Assembly: GCA_973895155.1 (NCBI GenBank)
Contig: OZ316893.1
Coordinates: forward strand, 14,848,645 to 14,912,644
Origin: Marsupella aquatica
Lineage: Eukaryota; Plantae; Marchantiophyta
Reading direction: 5' to 3'
Length of the DNA: 64,000 bases
Shown in pieces: positions 10,548-22,568 of the stretch. Numbering within the stretch: position 1 is the stretch's first letter; the number at the start of each line of letters is the position of its first letter. The notes below the pieces were generated by a model that was not told the DNA's origin, did no database searches, and saw only the letters and a list, made by a program, of their open reading frames with translations. The position numbers and the translations under genes were made by a program.

Positions 10548-13437
10548 TTCGGGAAGTACGTCAGTTTTGCTATATCTGCAAAAGATGTTCTATTGGAAGA
10601 TTGTATGGTGGGTGGAGGTTGGCTTCCAACAATAGCCAGTCCTGCTATTTTTGAGCCTCGATTGATAAACTTTCAAAATGATTACCAGGCATTCCTTCCG
10701 GATATCAAATGCTCAGTTCCATGCAACTAAGGGCGTTTCCACCCTTTCCCGAAATCTCTGGGATGATGCCTCTTGTTATTTGAGGGAGGCCTGATGTAGG
10801 AGTTTGAGCTGCAGCAAATTGACGATATAAATTGAAGGGATTGAGCTAGACGTATATGGATAGTGCTGATGTTGCGGAAGATGAGATACTGGATGTCTAT
10901 CCAGTCGATGAAGAGCGACCCGCCCTGTGAGTTCCTGAAAAGATTGTGCTGTTGATTGGAACAACTACGTCTGGAGCTGCTGAAGAATACTACAAGAGGC
11001 TCAGAGAGATAGTTGATGGTAAGGTCATGATCACTAACTAGCTCTGCAGACCCATCAAAAGCTTTCTACTTCTGGAGTAAATGCCTCTCACCAAGCTTAT
11101 CATCTGGCCTGAGAATGCGGTTGTAGGGTATAGGAAGAGAAAGCCGGTTGATACAGTTTCCATAGTAAGGGTTATGACAGGAGGATGGGTTTCCAGCACA
11201 TTGCAACGACTTCCCTGATTCTGTTGTGATCAAGGATTTTCATGAAGGTCTACCCAATGCAAGAGTTTCAGGTTCTCTCTCATGTATATTATTAGTCAGC
11301 CGTTGCAGGATTTGCCAATAACGTCGGCCCATATCAGAATTTCCCTGTGGGGGGATGTGAAGAAGGGGTAAAGCTCGTCTCAAAGGACATGATCAGAATG
11401 AAAATCTGGAATTGTATTTTACGTACAATTGGTAGTGTATGTTCTGAGAATATGGCTTAGCAGTGGCAAATGCCAAGAAAGACATTTTCGTCAGGCGAGC
11501 TTTTCCAAGTTTTGTAGTCTGGAAATCTGAAGCAATCGTTGTTCTAGTTGTATTGATGTAGTCCAGCGAAAACGGGGTTTTTTTTGTACACACGCGACTT
11601 CTGTGATCCTGGGGTACGGATGTTACAGAGAATGCAGAACATTGCTTGCACACAGTTCTCCCGAGTTGTCAGTCATCTCCTTGCATGACATAATTCTTGA
11701 CTTAAAGAGTGCATTCACCGACGTGAATGTTACAGATGAGGTGCTTTAGTTCACCTTAGATGATTGGAGTAAATTATGTCTGGTCTGGTCTTTGTTAGCT
11801 GTGGCTTCAAGGAGTGATGAGGCCAACGCTCTGTCCTGATGCGCTTTCAAGGTAACTCTTGCATGCATCTACAGACGTCGAATGGTGTAGAATATGGGCT
11901 GAATCTTTTGGACTACTTCCCAGAAATACTTCCCCACCTATCACGGGATCTCTACGTCAGTCACCTCGATTTGTTCCGGACCGTCTCGGGTGCTCCCAAT
12001 TTTATATCTCAGTCATGAAGCTAGTTTAAATTATTCAGCAACTACCATTTGTCTCCTGTAGGAGTCTTGTTGTGCCTACATTGATTAGTCTAGTAGGAGA
12101 AAGCCTTCTCATTATGCCAAAGGCCGGAAATAAATTTCTGATAGGAAGACAGCAAAGTATCTGCATTGGATTAAAATTCATGCATGAACTGCGTTGGTTG
12201 TGGGTATGGACATGGAATGTGAGGATCCCTTGAAGAGCCCAACAGCTTGCGCAGCTTAGACATGATCGAACCATATCTGAGTCGTCTCACGCCACTATGA
12301 TGTAGACCTTGTAACCTCAGCAAGCACAGTTGCGCTGGGGGTGTGGGGGTGAGGCAGTGCACCTTCTTGGCTGTTGTTCCAGAGTCTGCGAGCTGGTTCT
12401 CCCACGTGTCTGCGATTTAAGCGCAGTGCATTACAATGGAAGGCATTCGAAAATCGTTATGTAGGAACTCACATTCCAGATTGATGCTCTGGAAGTGAGA
12501 CTGGACTCCAGAGCAAATGTATTGTCGCCCAGCGTTTTGTCGCTTGCCAGGATGTCTTCACCGAGGACTGTATTCTCCTACTGTTGCAGACTACAGTAGT
12601 ACTTAATTCATACAATTTAGCTCAGATTGCATGTTAGCTAGGAGAAAAGATGTCATTTAACATAAGTTAAAGTTGTTTTGTATGTTGACAAGTTTGACTC
12701 TGGTTTCCCCGCCAACACGACCATTGTTTGAGAAATTTCTGTTCGGAAATCTAAAATGAGTCCTTGTTAGACTGCGACATCTGCATCTAGCTTAAAAGTA
12801 ACAATTAGCCACACCCACAACCATTGGCACTCACTTGCCAAGCGAGTACCCTCCTCAATGGATACGTCTAAAGATCCTTCAGAGAAGCACTTCTGAACGT
12901 ATCATGTTATGTTTCCATTCATTGGTACAATTTCCGAGGGGTTCTACATGACTGCGTACGACACTGCAATCGTCGTTCACTGGATAGTGCCAAATATTTA
13001 TATTTCGTTTTGTTCTTCCTCTGAGAAATTGTCACAATTCGACCTCCGTCTTTAATCTATCGTGCGTGAAACCTTAATAGTTCATAAAAATGTCTGAAAC
13101 AAAGAACGGGGGATAAACAAAATCGATCTGGAATTGGTACAACAGCACAAGCTTCACAGCAATGATGACCTCAACTTCAATTGAAGATCTGACAAACGCT
13201 GGGCATGCATTTGCGACACAACAAACTACTATACCAGCATTGAGATTCCTTGAACTAAACCTAAAATTTTCAACAGTGTGGCTGTCCACTATGCTCTCAT
13301 GTACATGCTACAAGAATGAATGCCTGATAAGTGACTCTCTACCTACTAAATGACTAATACCTTCGCTATGGAAGCTGTCATTACCTAAACCCTGCCAGAT
13401 GATGTCCCCTTTCTCTTCTTTTTGCACACTTTGGATA

Positions 13438-16400
13438 CTAAAGAAAATCTGCCTTCTCTTCGTTTTGTACACTTTGGACACTGAAGACTGTAAGTGGTCG
13501 AATGTTGCGCGCAGATGCCATGGGATCGTTATTCCACTCACGCACCGAGTTTGTACCGTCCAGGTCGTCTGCAAAACGTAGTGTGAGTCTTTGAAGCAGC
13601 ATTGCACTAAACCTTTGACCTGCCGTTGTCACACCGGGAAGTAAGTCGATAAAAAGTGGTAACGTGTCCTGGGCAACCTCTAGAATTTCTGCAGTCACAA
13701 TTTTCAGATTGTTCACACGATGTCAGGTTAAATCAGTAAGTTCGTCTCAGAAAAATTTCAACTAAACATCCATCATGGAAACCGAGGACTAATCAGGAAT
13801 GACGACCACACTCAGCTCTTGTAAATTGGATTATGTGGAACCATGAAACGGAACCCAACTTCATCTAGTGAGCAGTGATAGATGTATGATGATGTGCAGG
13901 TCACCTGAAGGAGAGGGCAAGTTGAAGCTGGGCTCGAGAAGTCTCCAGATTCGTTTGACCGTGTCAAGAGATTGTTCGTCTTCCTCGGATAGTCTTGCCA
14001 CCGGGTTCATGCCAAAAAACAGACCTGGCACCGGAAGAGGCCACGAACCTGGTACTGACAGTGGGGGAGGAAGAGGAAGCCCTGGTATCCTTATTGTGGA
14101 TGCAATCAACTGCCAAAGTTGTGCAACAGCCCCGCGGGAAAGTGCATCAACTGATCTGACGAGCTGTCAGAACAAACAACTTACGGGTAAGTGGTGGAAG
14201 ATGATGTACTGTAGTTACATTACTAATCCATTGAAGTCCTTATCAACACGTTGACAGTTGCAATCTCATTTACTGACAGTGTTTTGAACTTACCTCTGTC
14301 AGGAGTAACTCCTGAATGTAGCTGCCCTCAGGAGCAAAAATCAACTTCAAAGCTTCCTTGGTAGTTGGATCCCAGACCTTCGCCTTCTGTGGTGTTTGAT
14401 CAACTGGTCCACCAGGAGCCATTACTTCACGAAAGGATTGGAAACCCCCGACTATCTCTTCCACTCTTTGCATATCAAGCTGCTCTTTTCCACCATAAAG
14501 AAAGTCCTTCAGAGCAGCTCGTGTCCTTGGGCTGAACCATACACTCCTTTGTTAGTAGTGAATCTTAGCTCTTCATGGTCGTCAAGACCTTCAAGACTGC
14601 ACGTAACAATACGACCAAGTTCTTTCTCTGTTGTATTCATCTAGATCAGAAATCAGCAGGTCAGTTCCTTGAACAGGAGCGAATTCTGTCATCGTGATCT
14701 GAGGGTGGGCAACATACCTGTCGTCTGTGAGAAGTCGTTTAGAAATGTAGGGGTAGCACTCATCAACAATTGTATAATCTGGATCAGCCTCGAGTCCTAT
14801 ACCCTCTAGGACAGAAAATGCTCTCAGGATGAGAGCGAAGTACGGTGGAAGAACAAACACGTAGTCCTTTGACATATTCGCCAGGTCATCCGTGACCTGG
14901 AATTCAGGACAGCGTTAGATAAAAGAACGCATGCGGCTCTCAGCCCAGTAATTTCCTTACATGCCCGAAAGTTCATACCATCACAAGTATATCAAACCGG
15001 AAACGTGGTAGCGCTTTGAATTTTGAACACCGTACAGTACACAGGAACCATAAGATATTTAGAAACACATGGCAAAGCCCTCATTCGTGCAAGATGGAGT
15101 ACAAGGGTACATTCCTTTGTCCGTTTTAAGGCAACATGCCAGGTTACAGAAACCCAAACTGGAAATTAAGAGTGAATTGAAATGAGGTTTTCAGCTTATA
15201 TCAGGCTACAGGAAAAAAGTGGCGCAAGTCCAAGAAAGCAAGAACAACCTACCTGTTGAATATTGATTTTTCGTGCGCCACCTCCTTGCACTAGCTGCCC
15301 AAGAACCCGAGTTAACTGAGGCACAACGGCAGCTGTCTTTTCAGGATCCGCCATATCTTCTGGCACAAAACCAAGTTTCACTAGGTCCTCTGCAACTTTG
15401 GCATAATTGGAGTTCACCAGGTGGGAGATGTACTCAATCAGCGCATACCTTTGATCTTCAGTCACCTGCACTAAACCAAAGATTCGGTTAAACAGGCTAT
15501 CTGTTTAGCAGCATTAGATTACACACATGTTGATCTTAGTGCTTGATTGAGAATAACGTATCTCAACGCTGTGAACAAACGGATTCACCAACTTTCATTC
15601 TCAACGTCACGGCAGATTTTGCTGGATCAGAGCACTCAAACACATGGGAGAAGGAGAAAGAGGCTAAACACGACTGTACTGGCACCTGAGTCATCAGACC
15701 AAAGTCCAAAACACAAAGCCTGCCGTCAGGAGTTCGTAGAAGGTTGCCAGGATGTGGGTCTGCATGGAGAAAGCCACTCTCCAGTAATTGCACAAGATAG
15801 CAGTTCAGGGCTGTCGAAACTAGTGGTAGTAAGTCATCTGACTTACTTTCTGAGAGTTTCTCTCCGTCCACCCATTGCGTTGTCAAAACCTGCAAGAAAA
15901 ACTTATAAGAAACACATTTCTACCCTGGACTTCCAGCCTCTGAGGACAATAGCAAGGGGAGACGTGAAAAACCCATTGCAAGGACTCGCATATGGTACCC
16001 AAATAAATCCTTGGATATCACAAGCCTCTATAGGCTGATATATCAAAGCTTGAATGATTCACCTTCCGAGAGGTATACTGCATGTAGACAGCTGGGACAG
16101 TGACGTTTGCCAGCGACTTCATATTTTCTGCAAACTGTACTGCATTTTTGCCCTGTCAAGAAAACTATCAAGTTAGCGTGAATCCTTCCATCTTCCAATG
16201 TTGGTTCCAGACCAAGCTGAAAACATAATCCTCGGCCCAGTGGCAGAGGATTTGGCTAGAGCAATAGATCACCGCGTGTCAAATCTTACAAAGACATCAG
16301 CGGAAGCCCCAGCTAGACACTATAAGGAAGTTAAAAGGTTGAAAATTTTTATGGAGTTTAACAACCACAACTGTTGTGTCCAACCCTCACCACTCCAAAT

Positions 16401-18656
16401 CAATCATCCAAAGCTCTGGAAAACGGATCATCATCGCGTACCTCTTGTACATAGTCGAGCTCGTCAAAGAAGCGAACTGCCCAGTTGTCCAGTAGAGCGA
16501 CTAGGTCAGTATCCAGATTTGGGATTGCTTGCAGAAACTGTGCCCCAATCCGCAACAAGAACAAGTCCCGAGATATTCCTTCTAGAACTCCCGGTCTCTG
16601 AACCTTTATGGCAACCACTTCCCCAGTTTCTCGTAGCCGTCCCTTATAAACCTGGAGAAGCGAAATACATTAGATGTCAAATAGAACTACCATCCGTAAT
16701 ATCTTCACACCTCACGGTACAAGAAATGGACGGGAAGCACGACTTCCAGCCTTCCGTATAAGCGACATGAAAGGAAGTGAATTATGTACCTACCTGTCCA
16801 AGAGAGGCAGCCGCTATGGGAAAATCGGACATTTCCGAGTACACTTCTTCCGCAGTTTTTCCTAGCCCTCGGAAGATCAGTATCTTAGCTTCTTCGTTGG
16901 AAAAGGGAGGAACTCTATCTTGCAATTTTTGCAGTTCCTCTAAATAAACGACAGAAAGAAGGTCTGGCCTTATGCTGAGAGCTTGCCCAATCTGTCCAGA
17001 AGAGGAAAAAGCACCCCATTTCAGAAGTTGTGTCGAAAGGTATGAATTTCAGAAGTCAAGAGCTGGGAGCACTTTCGTCACTTGGATTCAGCAGAGACGT
17101 AGAAATTGTCACGTTGCAATCAGGTCACCCGTTTTGACTGTCATGCGACTACGAAAGCTCTATACAAGGAAATGTAAAGAACCCAAACAACACTCCTCTC
17201 TCCGTAGTTGTGGACCACCGAGTAGTAAAAGTCCAGAAGCCCAGAAAGACAAACCTACCTTAATTGCTGTTGGTCCAAGTTTTGTGATGAGATCCACAAG
17301 CTGAACCGCCCGGCGACGTTCATTTTCTAGCGCTCTTCCGGAAGACCTGTCAATGAGGATGCTCGCAGTCAAAGCTGAGCACTCGATCATTATTTTGAGA
17401 GAGCGGACGGAAACGTCAACCGGCCTCTTCTTAAAGTACGCTGCAATGGCTGCGGGATCATAACGCAGAGGAAGGTCTTCTCCTTCCACAAACGCCTGGC
17501 TAGTTCTGCTTTTGTTGGAGGAAACTATTGCAACAGCAGAGCCGGCTACAGTGGCGAGGGCGGTGGCAGTGACAGGACCTGCAATGGGCCCCAAACCATC
17601 ATAGTAGCCACCCACAGCAGTTCCAATCTCTGAGAGAAATTGGCCAGCTGAATGTGATAATGCCGCCGTGTCCAAGTGGACAACATCGCCAGTCAGCTGA
17701 GTCACTTTAGAGCCAAATTCTGATGATACCGTTCCAGCGCTGGCGATTAATCTGGAGGCTGACTGACCGAGCTTTTCCACAGAGGGAGAATTCACAATGC
17801 TGGAGGATGTCTGCCTGAAAAGCTGAAAACTTTGTGACGACGGTTTAGGGATCTCTCCTGATTTAACTAAGACATTTTCTACAATTTGAGATCCTTGGCT
17901 CAGTAACGTTGAGGCTGATTGCTCCCAATCTTCTAATTTACCCCTCAGAGCTGACATTTGTGAGCGTATACTCGCATCTCCTGATGTGGCTACAAAATTT
18001 TCTAAAATTTGAGACCCTTGGTTCAACAACGTTGTAGCTGACTTCTCCCACCTATCTAATTCACCCGTCAGAGCTTCAGACACTTGTGAGGATAGAGTCA
18101 CATCTTTTAATTTGGCAGCCACGCGGTCCGAGAGCTCAGATCCTCTACTTACAATCGATCCTGCTGATTCCGTGACCTTGTCCAGCCCATTTTTCAAGAC
18201 CTCGGAGCTCGTCACCGAAGAAGTGATCAGACTGTCCCAATTTTTGTACAGAGGGGTTAAATCTAAGCCCCCGGGCTGCAGCAAAGAATTTCCCAGCCCA
18301 TCATCTCCTCCTCCTCCTCCAGCGCCTGGCAGGGCATTTACTGGTGCAATTGTAACTATCCTGGTATAAGGAATTCCACCAATCCCACCAAATTTAGTGG
18401 AAATTCCTACAAGATGAAAAGTCCTCCTACTCTTCAGAAATGCTGATCCTCTCGAGCTTCGGCAAGCAGAAACACTCCTGGTTCGTGCTGTGACCCCCTT
18501 CCAGTTTGAAAGTGAATGAATGCCGCCACCACATGAGAAACCCTTTCCAGGCGAATTTGGAGCAGAGTTTGCGGTGGAGCGAATTCCCGGGTGATGAATT
18601 TGCCGTTGTCCAGCTGGGGGGCTATAGGCAGCCTGTCCAATGACAGACAACCCCAT
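13438..18656 (-). CDS. ABC1/UbiB-family atypical kinase (ABC1K), probably plastid-targeted, related to the ABC1K6 group
   Basis: 10 exons: 18656-17259, 16991-16794, 16651-16442, 16152-16063, 15889-15686, 15465-15253, 14896-14718, 14531-14294, 14163-13905, 13688-13438. Motifs: KLGPTAIKIGQALSIRPD, AAASLGQVYKG, VAIKVQRPG, HADPHPGN, DFGL, PPYFALILRAFSVLEG. Ser/Arg-rich transit-peptide-like N-terminus. Confidence 0.93.
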
Positions 18657-19209
18657 CGTCGTGCAACTACGGGGAGCAGGAGGAGGAAGGCAACTTAACT
18701 CCGTCCAAAGTCAGTCCCCAAAGAAATGATCTCGCCACGGGCGATTCCAGCGATTGCTCTGAAGATTTAGCTGTCAAAAGTATCCCAATTCAGCTCTCTA
18801 CCCACGAATCTCCACCCCCTCCCCCCCTAGAAATTCTTCAAAGTACTGAAGTGAATTCAATCCACCTCGCCTCTCAGCGGTCCACTGTGCTGCTCCCACG
18901 ACAGCAGCGGAACGGGGCTGATAGCATGGGACCGAATCGCGAGGCGCCACACACACACAACAGAAAGGCTGGGAGTTACATGTTTTTTATGAAACAAATA
19001 TCCACAAGAGTACAGTCGTCGCCCTCCTTGCTTCCAGCCCTAACAATCGAGCCAACGACCAAACAAACCAACGATCGATCGACGACGATCCACCACTCCT
19101 CCTCGCAATCCTCGCGGACAGAGAGCGTGGGCGTGGATGGCCCGTTTCCTGCGTGAGAAAAGCTGAATGTGCTTCCACAATCCGCGACCAGAGAGCGCTC
19201 GCTACTGAC

Positions 19210-19362
19210 GCCAAAGGCACTGAAGCCACTCGTAATCCATCAACTCATGCAGTCCATGAAGCCGAAGGCACTGAAGCAACTCGCGAATCATCAAACTCAT
19301 GCAGTCCATCAAGCCGAAGGCACGGAAGAAACTCGTAATCCATCAACTCAGTCAGTCCATCT
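19210..19362. repeat. Tandem repeat, 3 x ~51-52 bp
   Basis: gcc(a/g)aaggcac.gaag..actcg.aatc...caactca...gtccat starts at 19210, 19261 and 19313. Confidence 0.9.
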
Positions 19363-19440
19363 GTCCAACAATGAAATCCGGGGCAGGGCGTGTGATTGAG
19401 GATGCATGATTGTCGTGAACGGCTCTCCACTGCACACATA

Positions 19441-19476
<36 letters not shown>
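19441..19476. repeat. (CT)n microsatellite, near the probable ABC1K transcription start
   Basis: Direct reading. Confidence 0.9.
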
Positions 19477-19557
19477 GTCGACATTTCTCTCTGTGCTTGT
19501 CCTGAACTGCACCGATCAGTCCAGTCAAGTCTATTCATTCACTAACTACGGTAGCTA

Positions 19558-19617
19558 TTGTCAGCTTCGGGGAATCCTTGTCAGCTTCGGGGAATCCTTG
19601 TCAGCTTCGGGGAATCC
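19558..19617. repeat. Perfect tandem repeat, 3 x 20 bp (TTGTCAGCTTCGGGGAATCC)
   Basis: Direct reading; no spacers. Confidence 0.95.
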
Positions 19618-20257
19618 ACCTGGGAATCCAGTGGGGAATTCAGTGGGGAATCGATAGCATGCTGAGAAGTGTATTGGGTGAGAAGTGTATTGGCGAGGAT
19701 ACAAGAGGAGCATCAATAGGTATCCCAAATACAACTAATTTTTACACATAACCTCATCTGGGAATGTTCTGACCCAGGGCAGCAGCGGGAATGACTGATC
19801 AGACACCGAATGTGAGGCCTGACCAATCATGCCCGGGAGTTGAGTTCCAAACTACGGGCCGACTACTATGAAAAGAGGACCCGCTTTCATTGTGTTCACT
19901 GACTCACCTTGCGATTTTCAACATTGTCGTGACCTTTCTCAAATTTGAGAGCATGAAGGCAAATATCACTGCCCGGCTATACCCGGCCAGTTTTGGTGTG
20001 CCTGAGTGCATCGCGGGATGCCCGAACGTCTCCACAGAACTCCACAAGCAAGCAAATCGGTGCTCTCACCACCGCTCGTGGCCACTCCCATATGAAGCTG
20101 CACTTGTTCTTTAACATAATGGTCGCTCAACAGCATCTTTTGTTTCTCAGGCATTGTCCAACCATCAGATAGAGCCTCACCAAGGAGGGGAGTTGGAGAG
20201 GAGGGAGGGGGACTGTGCTCTGGTATCTTAGGCTAATTGCCCACACTTTGCACTTAA

Positions 20258-20380
20258 ACCACCACTGTCCACCAGGTTTGGGGAGGACAAAATAGAGCAC
20301 TTTTTTACTATTTTGATCACATTTTTGGTTTATTTTAGTAACCTGGATCCACCAGGTTTTGCTTCGGGGACAGTGGTGCT
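20258..20380. mobile_element. 123-bp MITE with 13-bp TIRs flanked by TTAA
   Basis: TTAA|ACCACCACTGTCC ... GGACAGTGGTGCT|TTAA; TIRs match at 12/13. Confidence 0.55.
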
Positions 20381-20460
20381 TTAAAGGGCCTCAGAGAGTC
20401 TTGGTGGCTATCCCAAATGTTGGGGGAAGTTCAATACTATCGCATCCCATCCGAGAAGAT

Positions 20461-21410
20461 TTGGATCATTTAAAGGGGGAAATTGTTGCAGACAAGTTTA
20501 TAAGAACTTGGAGGTCCGTTCAGGTAAGGTGTCCTCCTACCCTACATGCCAAAAAAATGGTTAATGGGGCCCATTCAAGTAGCGTGTCTTTCTACCCTAC
20601 ACTTCAAGAAATTGACCAAATAAATTGCTCCACAATTTGGATAATTCATTGAAGGGAAGTTGTTGCATATAACTTTAAAAAACCATTCAGGTAGGGTGTA
20701 TTTCTATCCTACACGTCAAAAAATGGACCCAATATATGGCTCACAAGTTAGATAACGTATTGAGTGGAAATTGTTGCAGATCACTTTCTCGATCACTTTA
20801 TCAGAACTAGGGGTCCCATTCAGGAAGGGTGTCTTCCTATCCTACGGGGCAAAAAAAGATTTCATGGGGCCCATTCAAAGTCATGTGTCTCCCTATTTTC
20901 CATGCAAAAAATTGGACCCAATAAATTGCTCACAATTGGATAGTTTATTGAGGGGAAATTGTTGCAGATAACTTTACAAGAACTAGGAGACCATGCAGGT
21001 AGGGTGTCTTCCTCTGTAGCTATGAGACCTACGCGCTAACCAACTTCGTCACCACCCCTTGTTAGGTAGGGTATCTTCCTATCCTAAATGTCAAAAAATT
21101 GGTTGCATGTGACGCATTCAAGTAAGATGTCGTGCTTTCTTCTACGTCAAAAATGGACCCAGGAATTTGCTCACAAAGTGGATAATTTATTGAGTGAAAT
21201 TGTTGCAGATGATTTTATAAGAACGGGGGGCCCAGTAGGTAGGGTGTCATCCTAACCTACATGTCAGGAAAAATTGTCTCATGGGACCCATTCAGGTAAG
21301 GTGCCATCCTACCCTATTTGACTCAATAAATTATCGTTTGGGAAGTGACTATGAACTTGGGGCCCACTAAGGTAGGGTATCTTCCAATCCAACATGTCAA
21401 AAAATGGCAC
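20461..21410. repeat. Degenerate satellite-like tandem array (~110-190 bp units, about 5-6 copies)
   Basis: Recurring block ttggata...attgag.ggaaattgttgcagata.cttta..agaact...ccattcaggtagggtgtcttcctatcctac..gtcaaaaaa. Confidence 0.85.
21012..21058 (-). pseudogene. Truncated tRNA-Met(CAT, elongator) pseudogene: 5' exon plus start of intron
   Basis: The reverse complement reads GGGGTGGTGACGAAGTTGGTTAGCGCGTAGGTCTCATA-GCTACAGAG. This is the 5' half of the intron-containing plant elongator tRNA-Met, with anticodon loop CTCATA followed by intron bases. No T-arm or 3' half. Confidence 0.85.
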
Positions 21411-21639
21411 ACTGAAAACAATAAAAAAGAAAAGAAAAGTAAGAGGGGACCCAAGGAAACGCTCAGGTCTATTTACGCTTACATCTGCTCTGTCCTAATT
21501 GGGTCCAGATCTGGTTAACTCCAGTAGGACTTATTGCAATGATCCTCATGCTGGGCTGCCCCTGTAATTACTTGGGTTTTTATGCCCCCATTTAAAAATA
21601 TCTGTTCGAGGCAAAAACATTTCATCTTTGTCTTCCACT

Positions 21640-22040
21640 TGCTCCAAGGGGTTTGCATTTACTGGACCACTTCGTTCTTTTTTGTCTCGAACTGTTTATT
21701 CGTGTATCTTGTCCCGCCATTTGTTCCAAAGGGTTTATACTTTGTGCGGCCAATTGCTTCAAGGGGTTTGCTCTTACTGGACCACTTCTTTGCCTCGAAC
21801 TAACCATGGTCACAACTCAGGTCATTCCCTGCCACAGCAAATTTTTTCAAGGGGTTTGCCCTTATTGGACCACTACCCATATCACTCAGGTCATTCCCAG
21901 TAACATATCACACTTATTTGTGCTGTCTTGAACTACTGATGATCACTCAGGTCATTCTTATCACTCAGGTCATTCCTAATGAAACACCACACTTCGTTCT
22001 TAAGTCTTGCACTACCCATGATCACTCAGGTCATTTTCAG
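21640..22040. repeat. Nested short tandem repeats (caaggggtttg....tactggaccact x3-4; atcactcaggtcattc x5)
   Basis: Direct reading. Confidence 0.75.
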
Positions 22041-22376
22041 CCACTGTACTACATATCATAGTAACTACATATCTATATGTAAACAAAGTATGGTATCTTT
22101 CTCATGATTTATGAAGTGCCATCTTTCCAGGAATATTCCTGACTATTGGATTATGGTGGCATTCTTTCTTAACCATGGGATGAGCCTGAAGGTGCCACTA
22201 TGCACCTTTACGGCGTCCAGCCCATCACTCTCTCCACAGCCCTCACACCAGTTGTCTGACTCCCCACGTTGTCCAATTACCTGGCTGGCCATCTCGACCA
22301 CACTTCCACCCAATATCATTTACTACTGACAGTGCATCTCTCATATGCTTGACAACACTTCCACTGACCACTATTT

Positions 22377-22568
22377 ACTATTGACAATACTGTCCAACAC
22401 ACACATGGGACTTCTAGGACAAAAATACACCTAGACAGATACCCAAGGGGAGGGGATCACACAAAACCATGCACTATTGACAATACTGTCCAACGCACAC
22501 ATGTGACTGCTAGGACAATAATACACCTAAACAGATGCCAAAGGGGGAGGGATCACACAAAACCATGC
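22377..22568. repeat. Tandem duplication, 2 x 96 bp
   Basis: actattgacaatactgtccaac at 22377 and 22473; both units end gatcacacaaaaccatgc. Confidence 0.9.

Noticed and set aside
19558-19617. CRISPR-like array
   Set aside because: Head-to-tail repeats without unique spacers, eukaryotic context and no cas genes.
21640-22040. Repeat-spacer pattern resembling CRISPR
   Set aside because: Repeats are degenerate, spacing is irregular and the spacers are related to one another.
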